The notes beneath the pieces are model-generated. The model saw nothing but the letters and a program-made list of their open reading frames with translations, had not been told where the DNA came from and did no database searches. Of a stretch of DNA of 64,000 bases, positions 27,196 to 42,094 are shown piece by piece. How positions within the stretch are numbered: the first letter of the stretch is position 1; each line of letters begins with the position of its first letter. The stretch comes from Eledone cirrhosa. Lineage: Eukaryota. The DNA lies in the NCBI GenBank assembly GCA_964016885.1, contig OZ024759.1:22692001-22756000 (forward strand), given 5' to 3'. Position numbers and translations under genes: made by a program.

Positions 27196-28117
27196 CCCAA
27201 CAACAATTAACTTTCCTCTGCTGTCAAAAACTATTCCACTGTTTTTCTATTTTTCTTCATTTTCTTTCAACATCCATGCATAGTATTTTCTTTCGTTTCA
27301 CCTCACCTTTTCTTTCTCTGTTTCTCTATTTTAATTGAAAAGCCATCAGTGGAAGCAATCCTCGATTGATTTAATTCTCTCAATACCCCCATCCAACCCC
27401 CTCCTTCTCATCCATCATATCCATCACCCAACATTGAGTTCCATCAGTGAAAATTGGAATTGCTAGTAATTATTATTTTATTACTACTAATAATAATAAT
27501 AATAACAATAATTCGTTTTTTTTTGTATGTATGTATGTATGAATTTTTCTCCTATTTTTTGTTTGCCTTTTGCCTGCTTTTGTTTTGTTTTTCTTTGTTT
27601 ATTGATATATTGATCTGTATCCCACCTAAACAGTGGTTATTAACATCACTGTATTACTAATGTCTCTAGCAAATGTCCTCTTATTTATTATTATTTTCAT
27701 TTTCGTGATTTCTATGGCTGTCACCATAAGTTTTTGTAATGCCTTATCTCCATCGTAAGTGGAAACACCCTTGGCACTTTTAATTCCAATTCTTTTCTCC
27801 ATTAATAATTAAAGTGTCTTCTTCATGATCTTGCTTATTTTGTCTATTATAATCTTCATCAAATATTTCCTTTTTTTTCTTCTTTTGTTGACATTTATAC
27901 ACAATACACGTTGTTCTCTTACTTGCCAAGGTCTCCAGGCAACTTGGAGTTAATTGTAGTTCTTACACCTCTCGGCTCACCTTCGCACCAGCCCTGGCGT
28001 TATTAGATCTACAGTGAATATTATCCGCGGCCGACTACCGGATTATCCAGAGAAAGGAGAGATTTACCTGTCATCTCGTTAATGTTTAAAAGTGTCAATA
28101 CGGCAGATTGGTTAGGG

Positions 28118-28952
28118 CAGGGTTCTCCATCCAGGGCAATATCACCGACCGGTGGGCAATTGGATATTTTGACTATTAAGATATTTCAATATATACAACC
28201 CTAAAACATACAATCAAAAGAGATATACAAAGAACCTAAGAGGCTAAATAGAACCTAAGAGGCTAAATAGAATCTAAGAGGCTAAATAGAATCTAAGAGG
28301 CTAAATAGAACCTAAGAGACTAAATAGAACCTAAGAGGCTAAATAGAACCTAAGAGACTAAATAGAACCTAAGAGACTAAATAGAACCTAAGAGGCTAAA
28401 TAGAACCTAAGAGACTAAATAGAACCTAAGAGGCTAAATAGGACCTAAGAGACTAAATAGAACCTAAGAGACTAAATAGAACATAAGAGGCTAAATAGAA
28501 CATAAGAGGCTAAATAGAACCTAAGAGACTAAATAGAACCTAAGAGGCTAAATAGGACCTAAGAGGCTAAATAGGACCTAAGAGACTAAATAGAACATAA
28601 GAGGCTAAATAGAACCTAAGAGACTAAATAGAACATAAGAGGCTAAATAGAACCTAAGAGACTAAATAGAACATAAGAGACTAAATAGAACCTAAGAGGC
28701 TAAATAGAACCTAAGAGACTAAATAGGATCTAAGAGGCTGAATAGAACCTAAGAGGCTAAATAGGACCTAAGAGACTAAATAGAACCTAAGAGACTAAAT
28801 AGAACCTAAGAGGCTAAATAGGAATAAGGAACCAGTAACAAACTTCTAACAAACATTTTTGGTATATGTTTGAATTTTTACTATACAGGTGGGTGGTGGA
28901 AAGGTTTTCATGTTAAAATGGGTGATAGCGCAAAAAGGGTTGGGAACCCCCG
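28118..28952. mobile_element. hAT-like MITE containing a 19-bp minisatellite
   Basis: Ends CAGGGTTCTCCATCC and GGTTGGGAACCCCCG; flanking 8-mers GGTTAGGG and TGTCAGGG (6/8 match). Confidence 0.55.
28231..28822. repeat. 19-bp minisatellite AGAACCTAAGAGRCTAAAT, about 31 copies
   Basis: Read directly from the sequence. Confidence 0.95.
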
Positions 28953-29339
28953 TGTCAGGGCATCGTATTAAACTGCTTAACTGAGTTTCAACCGACTCTC
29001 CTCGCTCTGATCTCAAATCCCATCCAAGTCAGCTTTGCTTTTCATTCGTCGATATAATAAAATACCAGTGCCGTACTATGAATCCTTGCTTTATAGTTTT
29101 CGGGTCTTTGCGTCATGAGTTCATGCGTGACGTCACTAGTTCCTATTGCCTTTTTTCTTGCACAACATCGGTGACGTGTAAAAGAGATACTTGAACGTAT
29201 GGGAGACTCCGGGCCTTCCATAAAAATATAATGTCCAGGCCTGTGCCTGGAAGAGGAGCTTTCCAAATGTACATCCTTCATCTTACGCGACCAATGGAGC
29301 CGGTAAAATATTCATAGGAGAGCGGTTGGTATTCTAGGA

Positions 29340-29708
29340 CTGGCAACGTTAAACCGGGCCACGTCATCTACTCAACTCTTACTAGGAACGGAATCCTTGG
29401 AACAGTTGCTTCTGACAGGACTGCTGGAAGGAGTGTTTGAGGGTTCTGTTCCGCCACGACTCTTCCAGGAATAAGTGGGCGAAGGAGAAGGCGGAATATA
29501 GAAGAAGACGAAGAAGAAGAAGAAGAAGACAAGAAGAAGAAGAAGAAGAAGAAGACAAGTAGAAGAAGAAGAAGACAAGAAGAAGAAGAAGAAGAAGACA
29601 AGAAGAAGAAGACAAGAAGAAGAAGACAAGAAGAAGAAGACAAGAAGAAGAAGAAGACAAGAAGAAAAAGAAAAGAAAAAGAAAAAGAAAAAGAAAAAGA
29701 AAAAGAAG
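29340..29708 (+). mobile_element. LINE (RTE-like) 3' end with expanded (GAA)n/(GAAAAA)n tail
   Basis: Similar to 11569-11710; tail at 29500-29708. Confidence 0.55.
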
Positions 29709-30339
29709 GTTTTCTTTCTAATTGTGTCTATAACCAATCTGTGTGTATTTGATACAATATTCCTGTAGGTTAAATGAAGACATAGCAGTTTATAGATATT
29801 CTCATATGTACAATAAATTCCATTACTATCCAATGTAATGATTTGCATCCAATAGGAAACACTAAACGTTACGTTACATCATATTAAATAGAATCTGCTT
29901 CGATTCGCGGACTTATGACCTGTTAACAAAGACACCCTTTTCAGCAAAATGTAAGGAAATAGTTAGAGAATTAAATAACAATAACTTGTATCGTAGTTTT
30001 AATACGGTTCTTTATCTTTTATATTCCGCGTGAAAGTAATCGCTGTTCGTAGGAGGGTTTTATCGCTTCATCTAACATGCAACGCTCAATGACAGCTTTA
30101 AGATTCTACGAAATATAACTTAAAGTCAAACTGGAAACAGAAGCTAAAGATCATCCATATTATACGCTGCTCTGTGTTCTTTCAGAAGATGAGGTGTCCA
30201 TTACTAGCTCACTCCTACTTGCCACATCCTCTCTGCCCATCTCCCTGGAAGAGAAATACGAGGAGGTGTCTTTGAATAATTAAACGCCACAAGAAATTCT
30301 ATTGATAGTTTAATGTTCCTATCGTCTTGAACAATATGC

Positions 30340-30855
30340 CACGTGGTATTTAGATATGACCCTTTACGTTCTGAGTTCAAATACTCCCAATTGCTTGATT
30401 TTAATCATTACAGGGGTCGATAAAATAAAGTACCAGTAACGCATTGTGATCGATTTAGTCGACTTCCCCTTCCCGTCAAATTGTTGGCCTTGTGCTTAAA
30501 TAAAAAAATGAATTATGAGGGCGGTGGATTAGCAGCATCGATAGAGGGTCGGACGCCATGATTTGCAGCATAGAGTTACGGCCCTTTATGATCTGAGTTA
30601 GAATCCGGCCGAGGTTTTAACTTTGCCTTTCATCCTTACGGGGTCGATAACATAAAGTACCAGTAATGCACTGGGATAATTGCTGGCCTTGTGCCAAAAG
30701 TAGAAACAATTATTAGGGCGATGAATTGGCAGTATCGGTAGAGTGTCGGATATTGTCAATTCATCGACACATAGTTACGTCCCTTTACGTTTCTGAGTTC
30801 AAATCCCGCCGAGGTTAGCTTTGCCTTTCACCTTTACGGGGATCGTTAAAATAAC
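30340..30855 (+). mobile_element. Three tandem dominant SINE copies
   Basis: Core and tail motifs. Confidence 0.85.
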
Positions 30856-31429
30856 GTGGTCCAGTTTACTCAGCTATAGAAATGTGTTGAGATGTAACTG
30901 GTGCCAAGCTGTATTGGCCTCTGTCTTTCCCTTGGACAACACAGCACATATAGTGTGTATATGAGAGTATCTTCGTCAGTCTATGAACTTTCCAGCCGAC
31001 TCTCGTACAAATATTACAGGGATTAAGTGATATGTGTTGAAAATATTAAAATCGAGTAATTTTAAAACTAATGTCTTTATTTATTTATTTATTTTTCTTC
31101 TTTTTTTTTTGAACTGTAAAATCTTAAAATACTCATTGTTCGGAAACAAAATGAAATAAAATTGAATAATAATTCAGAATAGAATCTCTAAATATCAAAA
31201 TTTGACATTTTCATTGATGTTAATCATATTTTGTATATGCAAACGACGTAGGTACAACGGAAAGGCATTGATATATATATATATCTATGTGTGTGTGTGT
31301 GTGGATGTGTGTGTGTGTGTTTATATATATATATATACATATGTGTGTAACATATGATATATATATATACTCACACACACACACACAGGTACCTGTCTCT
31401 CTCTCTTTGTGTATATATATATTTTTTTT

Positions 31430-33187
<1,758 letters not shown>

Positions 33188-33191
<4 letters not shown>

Positions 33192-33766
33192 CAGTGGTAC
33201 CCTGCGTTGCACGGGATAAGATATTTTGGAACGCGGGCCGCCAATAGACCTAATCGTGGAAAAACTGTATGCCTGCACAATATATAAAGAAAATAAACCG
33301 AATACTCTGATAGCTGGATGATCTTTAAGATTTTCCTCGATGAAGCAGGAAAAATGCAGGTTTTCGCCTAGGGGATCAAGAATATGAATTTTTTTATGTG
33401 CATAATATGCTTTGAAATTTCGAGAAAATCGACTAGACGTAACACCTCCAAAAAGCCCTAAAAAGCTGAAAAAAATGAAGATTTTCACCTAATGTGGGCC
33501 TAAGGCCATAACAAAGTTGGATTTTCTTTGCTCACGGTATGAAGAAGAGACTGCCTAATACATAGTTACAATTTCAAGGAAATCGGTCTGACGTAACGTC
33601 TCAAAAAACCCGAAAAAGCTTTAAAAACGCAGTTTTTCACCTAATGCGGGCCCTAGGGGATCAAAATGTTGAATTCTTTTATATGCATAACACTCTGTGA
33701 AACATAAGTAATACACATGTAAAGTTTGAAAAACATGGGTTGGGAACTTTTCGAGTTTTAGGGATT

Positions 33767-33826
<60 letters not shown>

Positions 33827-34116
33827 TCCTCAGGGAAGTGACGTAATGCAGACAGCCAGACATACAGACATATATTATAAGGGCGCGACGTTATATGTAT
33901 GTATCTATCTAGAAAGAGAATGACTAAGAATTATAGAATGAGATCACTAAATCGCCTAATGCGGCCCCTAGGGCATTGAAAATTCGAAATTTGTTTTTGC
34001 TCAGAACACTCCCTGAAACATAAGTATTACATGTATAAAGTTTGAAAACAGTCGGTTGGGTGGTTCTCGAGTTTTAGGGATTCAAACTCACACACACACA
34101 GTTTTATATATATAGA
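33188..34116 (-). mobile_element. Non-autonomous Helitron
   Basis: Minus strand starts TCTATATATATAAAAC at 34116 and ends with hairpin CCCGTGCAACGCAGGG about 9 nt before CTA(T) (CTAG expected). Internal sub-repeats and a CA tract. Confidence 0.7.
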
Positions 34117-34289
34117 TAATAATAATAATAATATTATTTATAGTTATATATACACTATATACAACTATAAACAGGAAAGGTCAGTAATTCATTACTACCT
34201 TATTACCCGTAAGAAAAATAGCTCAATGTAAATACATCAGATGTTTATAAATTACACAATAATCAAAACTATGTTCAAAACATTTTATT

Positions 34290-34334
34290 GCTGACAATCG
34301 TTTCTTCCAAACTTTCGTTTGGAATCATCGGAGC
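34290..34334 (-). ncRNA. Hammerhead motif with variant core CCGAUGA
   Basis: Minus strand GCT-CCGATGA-TTCCAAAC-GAAA-GTTTGGAA-GAAA-CGATTG-TC^-AGC-AATAAA. Confidence 0.7.
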
Positions 34335-34605
34335 GCTAGCAAAGTTTGGACATATAATTAGCTTCCTATTCAACTGAACAATCATATAGATACATGGATA
34401 TTAATGTTGTCAACAACAGTTTTATATTTACAGAGTGGAATGGATGTGACATAGATTACAAGACAACTGTATAAGAATTAAAGAGGCACAGAGTGGAATG
34501 CATGTGACAGAGATTACAAGAGAATAGTATAATAATTAAAGAGGCATTAAGGCAGAAAGTTACTCGTAAAACGAGGACATTAGCAGTACATATGCAAGCG
34601 TATGT

Positions 34606-34670
<65 letters not shown>

Positions 34671-34843
34671 GTAGATAAATCTACCAAGAGTTTACGGTAG
34701 TGTCCAAATAATTTTGTACATAGATCTGTTGAATATGCATGCCAATTCTAACACATATATATCCTAGAAACGATCGTTAAATAATGAACTTTTTTTGTTT
34801 AATATAAGGAACTGTTTCATTGTTTTATTCATTATTTTTTTAA

Positions 34844-34903
<60 letters not shown>

Positions 34904-35623
34904 AGTGTGTATATATATATATTTAATATATGTAAAGATTAAAGTTAGCAAAGAATCGCTCTTTTCATATATATGCATGGTCCTGTAACTCCTACGGGTG
35001 TTTTAGGAGTGCCGTATTGACATACAGCATTACTAGGGCATTTGTAAACCTGGCGGAATACAGCTGATTTCTTCGAGAGGCAGATAGAGTGTGAGAGAGA
35101 ATGGAATTAAGAAAGAAATATAGAGGAAGAATCGACCCCAGTACTAGTCTGGTACTTTTTATATATGGTAGGAATTCATGAACGGCGAAGTTGACCACGG
35201 CGGGATTTGAACTAAGCCGAAACGAATACCGCAAAGCATTCTATCCGACGTTCTAACGACTCTGCTAATTCGTTGGTTACAGCTACGAATGCGAATGCAA
35301 ATAAAACACTTCAGTCACGAGGATTTCGTTGTTATCAGACCCCGTTTCTCTGCGATAGATTTATCTCACGCGCAATCTTGTCAAAACATCTCGTAAAGCC
35401 ACGGTAATATATCGGCGTCCGCTTGCAATTAAATTGTTAAAAAGCAGCTGTTTCAATACTAAGCCATAATGATAAAACGTCTCTCTGTGTTAATCTAGCT
35501 TCTATCTCGACAGAAACCACGCTGAGTACCGCATTATAGATTATGTTCCTTTAAGATGGCAATAATTCTCAAATAATTCATTCCATGACTTAGTAGATAA
35601 ACGATGTTAGTTATTAGATAAAT

Positions 35624-35811
35624 AATTGTTTCTACTTTTGGCACAAGGCCAGCAATTATCCCAGTGTATTACGTGTACTTTATTTTATCGACCCCGTAAG
35701 GATGAAAGGCAAAGTTAACCTCGGCGGGATTTGGACTTAATCCGTAAAGGGAAGTAACTATGCTGCAAAGTATGGCGTCCGACCCTCTACCGATACTGCC
35801 AATCCACCGCC
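35624..35811 (-). mobile_element. Full-length dominant SINE with TSD
   Basis: TTATTAGATAA at 35611-35621 and 35813-35823. Confidence 0.9.
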
Positions 35812-36789
35812 TTTATTAGATAAGGCAAACAAGGGCAGCTGTGTATGGCAGAAATCTCAGGGGCGCATTACTGAACCATAATGGGTCACATTTTTATATG
35901 GATATGTAAAATTAACTGAAATATATAATAATTTCTTGCGGAAAATAAATCACGACTCATCTTTAATGGAGAAGGCGGTATCACATAATGAAGTGTTAGC
36001 TTACCAAACTCTAATTTAAAGTTATACCCACTCTGCATCTTCCCATGCATTGAGTACTCCCATGCTTTGTGGTCTCCCCTGTATCAGCATCGCAGACTCA
36101 TTTACGCCCTCCTTCTCGCCACCTTCTCTCTCTCTCTCTGTCTCGGACGTGTTTTTTTCTTGACGGCGGCATATCAAATAAATCGGAAATCATCTGAGGA
36201 TATCGTCTCATAACAACAACAAATGCATGAAGGACTTCTCGATTGCATGGAGAACCGAGGAAATAATTATAATGATTAAACAATTTATGTAACCTCAGCA
36301 TCTTATGTTGTTATATATATGTCTAACACTTTGAATGACCCGCCAAAAACCGGGAGTTATTTCCCTTGTTGGAAATAACACGTGACAACTAAATGTCCGA
36401 TTCGCTGCTGCTAGCTGCAACATTTAGTATTTCGCCCCGTTCTTTGGTAGAACGAAATCCTGTTGATGAAATGAATCCTCTGTTCGATCATGGATACCAC
36501 GAGCTTGCCAGTTACATAAGTCTGATATTTGATTTCGGATTCATAGAAACACTTTAAACGTTTAACGTTTGATTTGTCCAGGTGTATTTTTTCTCAACCT
36601 GTTAGTTCTTTCGTTACTTTGGTATATTGTGTGTTAGATTTTTGCCTACCACAATGTTCAATTTGTCAAGCTATTTAAACGTATGTTATTACTCTAAGGA
36701 CCTACCTTGTCGAGTGCTTTGCTAACTCATTCATATAGTAGGTCGATTTTGCTTGCATACCGCCAAAGATTCGATTTTACTAAGCCTCC

Positions 36790-36830
<41 letters not shown>

Positions 36831-36835
<5 letters not shown>

Positions 36836-36990
36836 GATTCGGGATCCCGACGACTGAGCTCCTGCCGTTTCAACATCTAGATCCGGACAGATCGGATCTA
36901 GCTGTTGAAACGGCAGGAGCTCAGTCGTCGGGGTCCCGAATTTTTCACATTACCCACTCTACTAGCCCAAGTATCGAGTATTCTGGTAAG
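36831..36990 (+). mobile_element. Fold-back half-hammerhead element, subfamily B
   Basis: Arms ~36831-36885 and 36893-36947; tail ATTACCCACTCTACTA.CCCAAGTATCGAGTA. Confidence 0.8.
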
Positions 36991-37035
36991 TAATGTTCTG
37001 TTTTTTTTTGTTTTGTTTTTGACTGAATCCATTCT

Positions 37036-37115
<80 letters not shown>

Positions 37116-37284
37116 TAAATAACGGAGTTAAAGACTCACATTAATCCCCTATAATCTAATGAACTCAAGGAATAGGTACCGAGCTCTTTATAAGACAGTA
37201 TATAGAGAAAAATACACATAGTGATGTGTGTACACATATACACATAAACATACCCATACATATGAATACATTTTAGGGTAGACA

Positions 37285-37480
37285 GATAGATATATTTCTT
37301 TATTAGCCACAAGAGCGCACAAGAAATGGGGACAAAACAAGGACACATGCCGGGGATTTTACATACAATCGTGTAAAAATATGAAACAAACAAATATAAC
37401 AATCGAAATCCCCAATAGGGGGAGGCACCACAAATGGGTTGTTTAATAACCCGTAGATAGAACAACCCTCAACTTCAGGA
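37285..37480 (-). mobile_element. Retroelement 3' end (TTGTGGCTAATAAAGAAA + TATC tail)
   Basis: Same terminus on the plus strand at ~44565-44642 and ~3400-3440. Confidence 0.5.
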
Positions 37481-37516
37481 GCGTGTTGTGCAAGTGCTCC
37501 TTTCTTCCTTTTGCTC

Positions 37517-37682
37517 TCTTCTTCAACCTACAGGTTTATATACAGAGAAGACCCAATCACTCGGGCTATTTTTGCCACATTTAGATAAATAAATAATAAA
37601 TAAATTATATCTATCTAAATGTGGTAAAAATGGCCCGAGTGAATGGGTCATCTCTGTATATAAACCTGTAGTTTGAGGAAGA
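37517..37682. repeat. 71-bp inverted repeat around an AT-rich centre
   Basis: 37517-37587 versus 37612-37682. Confidence 0.85.
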
Positions 37683-38005
37683 TAAACAGAGGGAAGGCAG
37701 TTTTACTATGAATTAACCGTTTTTTGTTTAATTTCATTGTTTTAATATTTCTATTTTTGACTCTAAATCCAATGAATTATATCGTTGAAAATTTTGTATT
37801 TTAAACTTTGCTTCACGACATCTTCTACACACGGATTACATTGAGTTCTTCATACGGCTTAGACCCTACCATTGATTGGTAGATTTATCTGTGTGTATAT
37901 ATATAGATATAGATATATATACACTCTTGAGGGCGACTGACCGAGGTGAAAGCAGCTAGTTGGTCAGTCGTCCTCTCTGTCTCTGATTTTTCAGATATAT
38001 TTCGA

Positions 38006-38063
38006 ATACCTGATGATATCACCGGATTCATACGGAACCCTGTCATTGAAATGATCATAGTAT
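38006..38063 (+). ncRNA. Hammerhead motif with decayed stem II
   Basis: ATAC-CTGATGA-...-GAAA-TGATCA-TA^-GTAT, then AATAAA. Confidence 0.65.
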
Positions 38064-38251
38064 AATAAACTTTCCAAGGATTTACACCAGTCCAGCCTCC
38101 TGTTATTTTATTTATAATAATTAACTCCGTATTAGCACCACCAACTACACAAACGAAGACGGGTGAACTGCACTACGTTGAGTACTCTCCGTAATATTAC
38201 ATCAAGATTGACCATACGGAATGACCTATTCTATCAGTGGTGAACCAACAA

Positions 38252-38302
<51 letters not shown>

Positions 38303-38305
<3 letters not shown>

Positions 38306-38523
38306 CAAAGGAATTGTGGTAAGGAACCAGATGGACCATAACGCACCAGAGAACTCAATACTTAGGGTAGTAGAGTGGGAAATAGAAAAATAGGAAAAAG
38401 TATGACCTCGACGGCAGAGCTCAAGCCGTTTCGACGGCTATTTCTGGACTAAATTCTAATTTAGTCCAGAAATAGCCGTCGAAACGGCTTGAGCTCTGCC
38501 GTCGGGGTCATACTTTTTCCTAT
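38303..38523 (-). mobile_element. Fold-back half-hammerhead element, subfamily A
   Basis: Arms 38390-38455 and 38458-38523; TA runs at both ends. Confidence 0.85.
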
Positions 38524-38574
38524 ATATATATATAGCAAAGCATGTCGCTGGAGTCAGGTAGGTGTGGTGATTGC

Positions 38575-40058
38575 CAACAACAACAACCACATCAGCAACA
38601 ACATTAAGTCATCCACAATGTCAACATCAGCAATAACAACAACAACAGCTACTACTACTACTACAGCAATAACAACAACAACAGCTACTACTACTACAGC
38701 AATAACAACAAATAAATCATATTAAGAGCCAATAAGGTATGATCAACACGTCCAATATGACGACCACCACCACTACTACCACCTCTACCACAACCACCAC
38801 TATCTCTACCACCACTACCACTACCAGCACCTCTACCACAATCACAACTACTACAACGACGACTACGACCACTACTACTACCACCCCCTACCAAGCCATC
38901 ACGACCTCTACCTCTATCACAACCACAACCACCACCACCACTACCTCTACCACTACCACCTCTACCACAAATACAACTACCAGCACCTCTACCACAATCA
39001 CAACTACTACAACGACGACCACGACCACTACTACTACCACCCCCTACCAAACCATCACGACCTCTACCTCTATCACAACCACAACCACCACCACCACTAC
39101 CTCTACCACCTCTACCACAAATACAACTACCAGCACCTCTACCACAATCACAACTACTACAACGACGACCACCACAACGGCAACCAGCATCAACACCACC
39201 AGCACCGTCACCACGACCACGACCACCACCATCATTAACACAACCACCACCGGCACCACGACCACCACCGATACCACTACAAACAGCACAGCACCACTAC
39301 AGCTACTACATCCACCACCACTACTACAACCAGCACCACAACCACCAAAACCACTACAGCCACCATCGCAAACACTACATCCACTACATCAACAACCACC
39401 ACCACCACAACAACAACAATCAGCACCACCACCACCACAACCACTACAGCCACCGCCATAACGACGGCCACAAGCAGCACCACCACCGCCACAATCATTA
39501 CAGCCACCACCAACACCACCACCACCACCACCACAACAACAATCAGCACCACCACCACAACCACTACAGCCACCGCCATAACGACGGCCACAACCAGCAC
39601 CACCACCGCCACAATCATTACAGCCACCACCAACACCACCACCACCACCACCACAGCCACCGCCATAACGACGGCCACAACCAGCACCACCACCGCCACA
39701 ATCATTACAGCCACCACCAACACTACCACCACCACCACCACAGCCACTGCCATAACGACGGCCACAACCAGCACCACCACCGCCACAATCATTACAGCCA
39801 CCACCAACACCACCACCACCACCACCACAGCTACCGCCATAACGACGGCCACAACCAGCACCACCACCGCCACAATCATTACAGCCACCACCAACACTAC
39901 CACCACCACCACCACTGCCATAACGACGGCCACAACCAGCACCACCACCGCCACAATCATTACAGCCACCACCAACACTACCACCACCACCACCACTGCC
40001 ATAACGACGGCCACAACCAGCACCACCACCGCCACAATCATTACAGCCACCACCACCA
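38575..40058. repeat. (ACC/ACT/ACA)-derived triplet minisatellites
   Basis: Includes ~60-66-bp units GCCATAACGACGGCCACAACCAGCACC... Confidence 0.9.
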
Positions 40059-40310
40059 AGATAATAGAGGCGGGCAACAGGGTCCCTGCTGTAAGAGTGC
40101 AGAAGGGCCGCCGGCCGTGGTAGTGGTGGTGGTGGTGGTGGTGGTTCTCCAGAAGGAGGAGGAGCCAGCGGTGGTGATGGTAGTGCAGAAATGAGGAGGG
40201 AGGGAGGGAGAGGAGGACGTGGACGATGGGGTGGCGGTGTTGATGAAGTGGTTGCAACGGAGGCAGAGGAGGAGAAGTGAGAGGTAACGATGAAACAATG
40301 AATAGGAAGT

Positions 40311-42030
40311 TGGTGGTGGTGGTGGTGGTGGTGTTAGTGATGGCAGTGGTGGTGGTGGTGGTGGTGATGTTAGTAATGACAGTGGTGGTGGTGGTGGTGA
40401 TGTTAGTAATGGCAGTGGTGGTGGTGGTGGTGGTGATGTTAGTAATGACAGTGGTGGTGGTGGTGGTGATGTTAGTAATGGCAGTGGTGGTGGTGGTGGT
40501 GGTGATGTTAGTAATGACAGTGGTGGTGGTGGTGGTGGTGATGTTAGTAATGGCAGTGGTGGTGGTGGTGGTGGTGATGTTAGTAATGACAGTGGTGGTG
40601 GTGGTGGTGGTGATGTTAGTAATGACAGTGGTGGTGGTGGTGATGTTAGTGAAGGCAGTGGTGGTGGTGGTGGTGGTGGTGATGTTAGTGAAGGCAGTGG
40701 TGGTGGTGGTGATGTTAGTGAAGGCAGTGGTGGTGGTGGTGGTGATGTTAGTGAAGGCAGTGGTGGTGGTGGTGGTGGTGATGTTAGTGAAGGCAGTGGT
40801 GGTGGTGGTGGTGGTGATGTTAGTGAAGGCAGTGGTGGTGGTGGTGGTGGTGATGTTAGTGAAGGCAGTGGTGGTGGTGGTGGTGTTAGTGAAGGCAGTG
40901 GTGGTGGTGGTGGTGATGTTAGTAATGACAGTGGTGGTGGTGGTGGTGGTGATGTTAGTAATGGCAGTGGTGGTGGTGGTGGTGGTGATGTTAGTAATGG
41001 CAGTGGTGGTGGTGGTGGTGGTGATGTTAGTAATGACAGTGGTGGTGGTGGTGGTGATGTTAGTAATGGCAGTGGTGGTGGTGGTGGTGGTGATGTTAGT
41101 AATGACAGTGGTGGTGGTGGTGGTGATGTTAGTAATGGCAGTGGTGGTGGTGGTGGTGGTGATGTTAGTAATGGCAGTGGTGGTGGTGGTGATGTTAGTA
41201 ATGACAGTGGTGGTGGTGGTGGTGATGATGTTAGTAATGGCAGTGGTGGTGGTGGTGGTGGTGATGTTAGTAATGACAGTGGTGGTGGTGGTGGTGATGT
41301 TAGTAATGGCAGTGGTGGTGGTGGTGGTGGTGATGTTAGTAATGGCAGTGGTGGTGATGTTAGTAATGGCAGTGGTGGTGGTGGTGATGTTAGTAATGAC
41401 AGTGGTGGTGGTGGTGGTGATGATGTTAGTAATGACAGTGGTGGTGGTGGTGGTGGTGATGTTAGTAATGACAGTGGTGGTGGTGGTGGTGGTGATGTTA
41501 GTAATGACAGTGGTGGTGGTGGTGGTGATGATGTTAGTAATGACAGTGGTGGTGGTGGTGGTGGTGATGTTAGTAATGACAGTGGTGGTGGTGGTGGTGA
41601 TGATGTTAGTAATGACAGTGGTGGTGGTGGTGGTGGTGATGTTAGTAATGACAGTGGTGGTGGTGGTGATGTTAGTGAAGGCAGTGGTGGTGGTGGTGGT
41701 GGTGGTGATGTTAGTGAAGGCAGTGGTGGTGGTGGTGATGTTAGTGAAGGTGGTGGTGGTGGTGATGTTAGTGAAGGCAGTGGTGGTGGTGGTGGTGGTG
41801 ATGTTAGTGAAGGCAGTGGTGGTGGTGGTGGTGGTGATGTTAGTGAAGGCAGTGGTGGTGGTGGTGGTGGTGATGTTAGTGAAGGCAGTGGTGGTGGTGG
41901 TGGTGTTAGTGAAGGCAGTGGTGGTGGTGGTGGTGATGTTAGTAATGACAGTGGTGGTGATGTTAGTGAAGGCAGTGGTGGTGGTGGTGGTGGTGATGTT
42001 AGTAATGACAGTGGTGGTGGTGGTGGTGGA
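40311..42030. repeat. (GGT)n-GATGTTAGTAATGRCAGT minisatellite
   Basis: Read directly; units ~24-39 bp, all multiples of 3. Confidence 0.95.
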
Positions 42031-42094
42031 GATGTAGAAGGCAGAAGGGTTACGCAGATTTGGAGGTGGTGGTGGTGTTAATGATGATGACAAT

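Noticed and set aside
26377-27338. Cys/Leu-rich repeat ORFs
   Set aside because: 12-bp-based minisatellite open in all three frames.
28231-28822. CRISPR-like regular repeat
   Set aside because: No spacers, no cas genes, eukaryotic context.
39277-42093. 938-aa mucin-like Thr-rich ORF and its 586-aa Val-rich antisense ORF
   Set aside because: Triplet-based repeats stay open on both strands; no signal peptide or mucin domains, and the ORF turns into poly-Val.
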